The notes below the pieces were generated by a model. That model was not told the DNA's origin and did not search any database. It saw nothing but the letters and a program-made list of their open reading frames with translations. A program made the position numbers and the translations under genes. Below are positions 7,592 to 14,468 of a stretch of 14,468 bases of DNA, in pieces. This DNA is from an uncultured Nitrososphaeraceae archaeon (lineage in GTDB: Archaea; Thermoproteota; Nitrososphaeria; Nitrososphaerales; Nitrososphaeraceae), in contig CAWGVG010000031.1 in NCBI GenBank assembly GCA_963825865.1, positions 1 through 14,468 of the forward strand, written 5' to 3'. The number at the start of each line of letters is the position of its first letter. Positions within the stretch are counted from its first letter, which is position 1.

Positions 7592-9025
7592 CTATTTGGC
7601 TTCTGCAAAGTTTTCCTTGATATATGTCTTTAGTCTTTGTGCATCGGTATTGTTTACAAGTATATCTTCATTGAATACATTCTTCTTTTTTCCCTTGGAT
7701 GCTCTTACCTTAATGACGTATTCATTTTCTGCCTTGCGAACTATCTCTATTCTCAAGTCTGGTCCTTTAACCAGCATACCTTTTATACCTTGGGCTTCAA
7801 GAATAATGTTATCATCATCTGTAGTGTTTGGGCGTTTACGAGGTTTATCAAATTCTAAGTTAAATCTGTTGATTCTATCTTCTATCATTAATTTAAGCTT
7901 GCCAGCTTCTTTTTCAATCCTCATAATATATTTCTCCAGACTCTCTATTTCGATTAACTGAGCAGAAGAAGAGGCACTTTGATTTGAAGAGGATACAGAT
8001 GAAGAAGATTCTTGTAAACTTTGTTCTTGTTTGTTTTGTAAACCTCGACTATCCCACACCATTCCTTCTCTAGCTACAGTTATTCTGAATTTGCCCTCGC
8101 TTCCTATAATTTGAAGATGTGAATCTATTACTCTTTGCAGTTCATCTGTTGTCATAGCTTTAACAGGACCTCTAAACCACTGGTTTGTAGCTTCTTCAAA
8201 GTCTAAAAGACCTCTATAATGAACTATATAACATTCTTTGGCATTCCATCTTCTCACTAGTTCGAATGCTTCGCTTACAGAGATCATTCCAGTTTGAGGA
8301 TGAGGGTTATAGCTTTGTGTACCTAAAATAACAAGATCTGGATTCCACAACAAATTTTCATTCACATTGGGTAATGAAAGAAAATCCCATCCAATTATTA
8401 CTTTATGATTAGCAAGTTTCACCATGTATATGACAGACCCAGATGGAGAATTGTCACCATGGTCAGCCAAAACTGGTGTTATAAAAAAAGGACCTATTTC
8501 AAAGGATTTGTCTGGCTGTATTGTGTTAAACGATATTCTTTTATTATTATTATTATTGCCTTCTGAAAGCTCAGGAAATCTTTTGGTAAGCTGTTCAGAA
8601 CACTCTGCAGTACAGAATATCTTTAACTTCGACGATTCGTTATCGACCTTGTTTATCAATAAAGGCAGTTCTTTAATGTGATCATCATGTGAATGAGTTA
8701 TCAATACTGCATCAGGAATAGCTGGCGATAATGATAATGTCGATGAACTAAATCCAAGTTCAGAGATGCCTTTTTCAATACTTTTAACTATTCCTTGACC
8801 CACATCAACAAGAACATGAAAAATCTTATCTGTTTTATCTGCAGCAAACAAAGAGCAAGAAGTGTTTGTACTTATACCTTTTTGTTTTATCTCTGCTGCT
8901 CTTTCTGATTCTTCCTCACTACCTATTGTTGAAATATCTGGAAGAGTGCCATTTATCCTTACTAGTAATTGATCGCCTGCAAGTATCTTAGAAGGAGAAG
9001 GGATTTGTGAATTTAACATATTCAT
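7592..9025 (-). CDS. Metallo-beta-lactamase-fold hydrolase with an extra C-terminal domain
   Basis: Intact 477-aa ORF: VLVDVG, HxHxDH motif THSHDDH (about 8678-8698), ADHG, GWDF and IVHY. A Ser-rich linker leads to about 120 aa of charged C-terminal domain. Substrate unknown. Confidence 0.85.
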   Translation of the reverse strand: MNMLNSQIPSPSKILAGDQLLVRINGTLPDISTIGSEEESERAAEIKQKGISTNTSCSLFAADKTDKIFHVLVDVGQGIVKSIEKGISELGFSSSTLSLSPAIPDAVLITHSHDDHIKELPLLINKVDNESSKLKIFCTAECSEQLTKRFPELSEGNNNNNKRISFNTIQPDKSFEIGPFFITPVLADHGDNSPSGSVIYMVKLANHKVIIGWDFLSLPNVNENLLWNPDLVILGTQSYNPHPQTGMISVSEAFELVRRWNAKECYIVHYRGLLDFEEATNQWFRGPVKAMTTDELQRVIDSHLQIIGSEGKFRITVAREGMVWDSRGLQNKQEQSLQESSSSVSSSNQSASSSAQLIEIESLEKYIMRIEKEAGKLKLMIEDRINRFNLEFDKPRKRPNTTDDDNIILEAQGIKGMLVKGPDLRIEIVRKAENEYVIKVRASKGKKKNVFNEDILVNNTDAQRLKTYIKENFAEAK

Positions 9026-9193
9026 TTATTTTAATAAGACATATCAGATAAACATAACTATTAAATACATCTAATTATTTTAGATTTATTGTATATTTTT
9101 ATAAATCTTATAACTAAAATACTGCTTTTTTTGCTAAGACATTTGATTTATTTATCTATACGATTAAATATATCTTATTATTATGATAATAAA
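9026..9193. promoter_or_regulatory. Divergent AT-rich intergenic region with candidate archaeal TATA boxes
   Basis: TTAAATA at 9164-9170 lies about 24 nt upstream of ATG 9194. TTTAATA on the minus strand at 9059-9065 lies upstream of the MBL gene. The AT-rich background lowers specificity. Confidence 0.35.
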
Positions 9194-10531
9194 ATGCATA
9201 GGAGCAAACCTAAATCTTTTACAGTGGGCTTAATCTGCACCACCGCATTGATAGGATCTGCCTTTTCAATATCATCATCATTATCATTATTAATGTTATT
9301 TTCAGTAAAACCAGCCTTTGGTGATGGTTTAACTCAAGAAACACTTTCAGCTTCTTTTGGAAATAGGAAGGCTGATCTACTTATAAAAATGACCCCTCCT
9401 GTAGTTACAACTGAAACAATCACCCAACAAGGTCAAAAGCCGGTTATTCAATTTCGATTATTTGATCCAAGTACAAATCAAACATTCAAACATGTAACAT
9501 ATTTTATAACCATGGAAAAAGGAGATAAAAAATTAGTTGCTGATACTTTCCATGATCATAGCGGAGATTTACGAATAGAAGTGAAACCAATGAACACAAG
9601 TAAAATCACAGTTTATGGAGAGCAAGATCCCATATTGAATGCTTATACAGGGACACCCGAAAGTCCTGTAATTGCTGCAGGCCCAATCTTTTTGGAAGGT
9701 GGATTATATCACTTCAAAGTACAGATATCAACAATAGACTTTGATCGAACCCTTATTCCTGATAATCAGCAGCCAACTTATGATGGCTGGTTGAGTGTGG
9801 GGAATACTGAAAATCAGCACATAGCCATTGATGGAAAACAAATCCCAATTACGATAATTTCCTATTATGATAAGCTAAAGGACTTTAGCTTTAACAATAA
9901 AGACATGCAAATGAAGCTTGTTATGCCCTTTGATTGGGATCTAAGTAGATTGAACAAAGTCAAGATTTTTGTCCATGAAGAAATAAGCATTCCAAAGCCA
10001 AATGAATTTACTGCAAAGGCATCATATTCTGGTGCAGTAAATGGAATCGATGTAACAAAAAATCTTGTGCTTGATAACAGCAAACCTCAAAAAGATGTAA
10101 TTCATTTTATGTTGCCTAAAAACACAGTGATGCAGGTTGCAGACCAGGTAAACAAAAATGGACAAGCATCTACTCCATTGATGACATTTACTTTGCAGCC
10201 TGGAGGTGCAGCAAAGGGAGCTTTCTTCTTCTATGACAGGTAATATGACGAATCCAACAAATGCGACCAAATCACCAGGCGCTGTCGGAGGAGGCAATAT
10301 GACAAGCCCAAGTAGCGCCAAAGCAGCAAATGAAACAGCGGGTACGCAAACAGGCGGCAACAATTCAATGGCAGGTGGCAGCGAGCAATTGCTGGCTCTG
10401 GAAATGCAACGCAATCTGGCAATCAAACAACGACAGCAGCCAATCAACAATCAGCAAATCAAACTGGGAATAATAATGGAAACCCACTAGCCAAGATTCC
10501 GATAATAGGAAAGATTTTCGGCGGTAAATAA
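9194..10531 (+). CDS. Secreted thaumarchaeal-type cell-surface protein with low-complexity Asn/Thr/Gly-rich tail, frameshifted at the 3' end
   Basis: In-frame ATG at 9194, signal peptide ending VKPAFG/DGL, and a beta-rich body (TFHDHSG, GGLYHFKV, ISYYD). The tail continues through ORF 10206..10490 and a further frame ending GNPLAKIPIIGKIFGGK* (TAA 10529-10531). Confidence 0.7.
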
Positions 10532-10940
10532 TAAAGAAATAGACAGCCTAAAAATGACCAAAAAATTCTTGTTGCGTTCTTTAGCAACAAATATAATTTC
10601 TTTAAAAAATGCTAAGTCAATATATGCATATAACTTAATCGACTTTTGGTTCGAAATATAATGTCAACTACATAAGGAAAATCGTCGGTATTCAGATATT
10701 ATAATAAAATTTTACCATCTATATCAAACAATTTTACCAAAAACGGCCGCAGTTTCATATTCTCTGGTGCGTAATTGATTTTAAGAAGCCATTTAATTCT
10801 CAAATTATGAATAAATCATAAGAAGAAGTTATTATTATTGGTCTGCTTGTGCATTTGCACTCTTTTAAATATCATAGCTATTAGTATATATTTTGGCTAT
10901 TTAGAATTGAATTTAAATTAATCAGTAACAAGTAGAAAAT

Positions 10941-11927
10941 ATGGAAAAGATAAGTAAAAGAAAATTATTACTTGCTGTTACTTTATTTGTTACAGCTATT
11001 ATTCTGATGGGTTCATTTTTATCTATTAGCAAAGCATCCGATTGGCAGTTTCATTATACCCCTGTGCAAAAGCACTTAAAGGGCATTTATTTTTTAAACT
11101 ATAATACTATTTTTGAAAAGAACACCATCAACGATATTGCTCTATTAGCAGACAAACTTGATATCAATAATAATAATAACAAAAAACAGATCAGCGGCGT
11201 AACCTATACTGCAAAATTTGAATGCAGTGCAATATTTGAAGATCATGGTTTACTCTCACCAGGGTATTATGACACTGATATAAGCATTTTCAATAAGCAA
11301 GGATATCCAATCACAGTGCTATTGAATGTGATAATCAACAATAGTAATTCCTCAGCTAATTCGATAATAAAGATCATACAGCCCCAAAAATCAACAGGAG
11401 TAAGCTCGAAAAGATATCACAAAGTTATTTGATATCAAAGGACAAGAGCTGATAGAGGGATTTATGACTGTACTGGTTCAGCTTGACAATGGAATAGCGG
11501 GTTCCTTATCAAGCGGTGGAGCAATCGTTATTATTCCTTCTTTACAGCCCCCAGCATTGGCATCAGAGGACCAAATTAACTTGCTTGACGTACGTGTATT
11601 TTACTCAACCAATTCCTTTGCTACAACTCCTCCACAAAAGCTAGTCGTAGATAAAATCAGTTTTTCCATTCTAAATGATACTTCTGGAAAGATTCCGCAT
11701 TCAATGCTATTGAAAACAGTAGATACAGCCATACAATCAAAGATAAATACTACATTTGATGCAGAGACACAAGTAAAGAGGATTTTACCGGCAAGTCCAA
11801 TCTATCAAATTCAGAACTAACAAATCTAAAGATTAAAGTTTATGACGCAGATACAGCTACAGCCACTACTATGGTGGATCGACATGCTATATTCTCGTTA
11901 CAGGTACAACCACAAGCGATTTATTAG
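10941..11927 (+). pseudogene. Secreted hypothetical protein broken into at least three pieces
   Basis: Signal peptide MEKISKRKLLLAVTLFVTAIILMG and YTAKFEC...PGYYDTDISIFN. The reading continues DITKLFDIKGQELIEGFMTVLV into ORF 11464..11820, then ELTNLKIKVYDAD...FSLQVQPQAIY* (TAG 11925-11927). Confidence 0.6.
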
Positions 11928-11953
11928 TGTATATCTGCTTATCTGTGAGATAA

Positions 11954-12230
11954 GGCTCAGTAGAAATCATCACCAATGAGAAAAGGTTAGTCATTCTAAG
12001 CGTGTTGTAGGCGATGCATCTGAATGATAGTTCTCTATTCTGTGTTCTTACCACCTTGAAGTAATATGTTTACCAAATAGCCTCTTTATGATAGACATTA
12101 TGGTTTCATCCTTGTTACGTTGATTGTATAATGGTTTGAGATAATCACGTTTCATCTGTTTGCTGTAGCTCCCATGTGTTCTCCATATTGGAACGTATTG
12201 GTACCTTGGAGGAATGATGCTGTAAAAGAC
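11954..12230 (-). mobile_element. IS5-family insertion sequence remnant (transposase C-terminus plus probable terminal inverted repeat)
   Basis: SIIPPRYQYVPIWRTHG...LYNQRNKDETIMSIIKRLFGKHITSR, then in another frame VRTQNRELSFRCIAYN. This carries the Y-x2-R-x3-E-x6-K (YREK) signature. The end sequence GGCTCAGTAGAAA at 11954-11966 follows TAA. Confidence 0.8.
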
Positions 12231-12231
12231 C

Positions 12232-12426
12232 TTGCCTGAAGCCAGCTTTAAGCATACAATTGCTACAATAACCTTTGGCGTAGTTCTTTCATCATTGATC
12301 ATACAATATGTTGGACTTACAAGATATGCCAAGAAGATATTTGTTGAAGGAGGTAATAGTACTGTGCACGATGATAATTCATCTATCAAAGTTTGTGAAG
12401 AAAAATCCAAGAATAATAATAACTAG
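12232..12426 (+). pseudogene. C-terminal fragment of a CPA1-type cation:proton antiporter
   Basis: LPEASFKHTIATITFGVVLSSLIIQYVGLTRYAKK matches the last TM helix pattern LP........TFGVVL.SL..Q of NhaP-like antiporters. The upstream part is absent and replaced by the IS5 remnant. Confidence 0.6.
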
Positions 12427-12459
12427 TTGATTATCTATTTTTATTGTTTGCTATTTTTG

Positions 12460-12672
12460 TCACATTTTCAGCACACACAACAAGTATGTCCAGTTATCAT
12501 ATCTTGGTAACCAATCCGAAGCCCATGTTCTACTTCTACGTAGCTCCTTTGCTACACGAGCTGGAATCATACCATCACCTTCGACCTTCAAGACAAGCAA
12601 CAACATCTCCTTCACATTCGGATCTGATTCCCTTTTGTAAAGGTTGACTAATTTACTCCTGTTAAACGCCAT
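12460..12672 (-). mobile_element. IS630-family transposase N-terminal HTH fragment
   Basis: LYKRESDPNVKEMLLLVLKVEGDGMIPARVAKELRRSRTWASDWLPRY has the HTH pattern of IS630 N-termini. It is truncated after the HTH and has no DDE domain. Confidence 0.75.
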
Positions 12673-12980
12673 ATATTAAAGAACACGAACAATGCTACTA
12701 CAATTAGCTCTTCCTGTCTGAAAAATATGGCTATTCTGTCAAAAGAATGTCAGCATACTTATGTTAATTGGTATAACTATAATGATGAGAGAATTATTTA
12801 TGAAATATATAGAAGCAATATACTGAAAGATAAGGGAAATCAGCATCAACTCTCTACTCTCAAGGTAAGCTAATGTACAATAATCTAGAGAAAAGATTAT
12901 GAGATGAAGCATTCATAAATTAACCGGATATATTTGAAGATTAGGTTTATCTAATAGTTTAACAGTATTCTATATTGTTA

Positions 12981-13375
12981 ATGCCAATGAAAAAAGCAAC
13001 ATACCTTGCAGCCGTCTTGATACTATCGCTTGGCATTATTTTAGGATGGGTAAAGTATGAGCTAGTATCAGTATATGCACAATCGAGTGCATCTGTTTCG
13101 ATTGTTAATGGAGCTTCATCTCCTAGCATTTCTAAACCCTACGATCCGTCACCCCTAACAATAAAGCCAGGTACATCTGTCACATGGACAAATAATGATT
13201 CTACTATCCATACAGTAACTTCAGGTCTTCCAGAACAAGGTGAAGTAGGTACTTTGTTCGACTCCAGCATTATGAGTCCTGGTAAGACCTTTACACATGT
13301 CTTTGATAAGACAGGCACTTTTGATTACAGCTGTATCTGCACCCATTCATGCGTGGACAGATAATAAGCAAGTAG
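12981..13375 (+). CDS. Secreted single-domain cupredoxin (plastocyanin-like blue copper protein) with one frameshift in the Cu loop
   Basis: Signal peptide, YDPSPLTIKPGTSVTWTN.D..IHTVTSG and FDS. Restoring one base at about 13335 turns CICTHS into C-x-LHPFMRGQIISK* (TAG 13373-13375), the C-x2-H-x2-M ligand loop. Confidence 0.85.
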
Positions 13376-13809
13376 TTAAAGGCCATCGATGTTGATAATT
13401 TTTCATCTTTCTAATATGAACTTTTGATTTTCTTTTCGTATTACTCTTTTTCTGAATAGGAGGAAGATGATTATCTTTGACTAGGAAAACTATATTGATC
13501 ATAATCACGTCACATTCTAAGATATGCTAGATGTAAACATTGACAGAGTGCTACTAACAAGGCTGGTACTTTTGGTTTCATTGCTTTTTGGGTCTTGTAT
13601 AGGAATAAGAATGGACAGAACACTTTGCAAGCGACATATCAGATGTTATATATTGCAGCGGTGGCAATTCTGGGTTAGGTATTAGAGAGGTAACTATGGA
13701 TGAGACATTAGATCTAATAATTAGGTTTATCTGCCTGATTCAATATACTTAATAATAATAATAATACTTAGACTAAAGATTATGGCAAAATGAGTGATTT
13801 ATTAAAAAA

Positions 13810-14437
13810 ATGAAAGCAGTATATATTGTAGATGATGCAAAAATTGCAAAAGTACCTCATTGATCCAATGCGAAGAGCTATTCTAGGTCTACTCAGGCAA
13901 AGGCCTATGACACAGGCAGGATTGGCTAATGAATTGGGGTTGACAGCAGCTTCTCTTAATTATCATATGAATATACTTAGATCTAAAAAATTGGTAACTA
14001 TAGCAAAGAAAGAAGTCGAAAGACATAGAATAATGCAAATATTTTTCTCAACAACAGCATATCTATTTGTATACGATTTAGATTCATTGCCAAAAAGTAT
14101 TGCTCGATATTTCTATCCTGTTAGCCTTGAAAGAGCAAGAGCAGTAGTTGTATCTTTGCATATGTTGAATAGAAAAGTCCTGTCATCATCATCATCATCA
14201 TCATCATCATCACCACAATCTTCAGTGTATACTATCGACCAGACTCCAGAATCTATTGATGCGATATCAGAAAATCTATCTCGATTTCTTGTTAAAACTG
14301 CCAAGTCTTATGAAGATAAGGTTGTTAATCATGGTGATGAGAGCATTATTTATGAAATTTATTCAAAAGCATTAAGCAGTTTCCTCAAAGAGAAAAATAT
14401 CAGAAACTCCCTACTAGTAAGAAAACCGACATCATAG
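13810..14437 (+). CDS. ArsR-type winged-helix transcriptional regulator
   Basis: LIDPMRRAILGLLRQRPMTQAGLANELGLTAASLNYHMNILRSKKLV is an HTH_20/ArsR pattern. The likely true start is ATG 13810 (MKAVYIVDDAKIAKV), which needs one indel at about 13855. Confidence 0.8.
14183..14212 (+). repeat. (TCA)10 perfect trinucleotide repeat encoding poly-Ser
   Basis: Ten tandem TCA units read directly inside the regulator ORF. Confidence 0.95.
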
Positions 14438-14468
14438 ACTAAGCCAGAAACCAAAATCTTGCATGTCA

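Noticed and set aside
7378-8681. Plus-strand ORFs 7378..7587, 7596..7961, 7637..7858 and 8424..8681
   Set aside because: The last three are antisense to the MBL gene. The first is an intergenic AT-rich ORF with no recognisable features.
9089-9193. N-terminal extension from TTG 9089
   Set aside because: AT-rich promoter-like DNA. ATG 9194 gives a normal signal peptide.
9865-10450. Minus-strand ORFs 9865..10083, 10022..10450 and 10231..10422
   Set aside because: Antisense shadows of the secreted protein and its tail.
12048-12647. ORF 12048..12410 as one real protein, and plus-strand ORF 12444..12647
   Set aside because: The first is a chimera of antisense antiporter sequence and the IS5 fragment. 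The second is antisense to the IS630 fragment.
13540-13700. Hydrophobic peptide remnants (LTRLVLLVSLLFGSCIGI; MLYIAAVAILG), possibly a membrane-protein relic
   Set aside because: Too short and fragmented to assign without a search.
14113-14304. Poly-Asp minus-strand ORF
   Set aside because: Simply the reverse complement of the (TCA)10 repeat in the regulator.

Overview
AT-rich archaeal-type accessory region. Gene content (cupredoxins, a dCache protein, secreted low-complexity proteins, a PolB1-like polymerase, a PriX-like domain) points to soil ammonia-oxidising Nitrososphaeraceae; this is inference, not a database result. The centrepiece is one uninterrupted 825-codon ORF (3598..6075, +). 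It joins a family-B DNA polymerase core with all catalytic motifs but no visible 3'-5' exonuclease, an archaeo-eukaryotic primase catalytic domain and a PriX-like helical domain, making it a candidate self-priming replicase. Around it lie a DUF5661-like remnant, a frameshifted dCache protein, a C25 peptidase-like fragment, two cupredoxin genes, an MBL-fold hydrolase, two secreted proteins, IS5 and IS630 remnants with a truncated cation:proton antiporter, and an ArsR-type regulator. Many genes carry 1-2 nt indels, often in homopolymers, so the sequence is either noisy long-read data or heavily pseudogenised. That caveat applies to the fusion too. I saw no tRNA, rRNA or CRISPR array.
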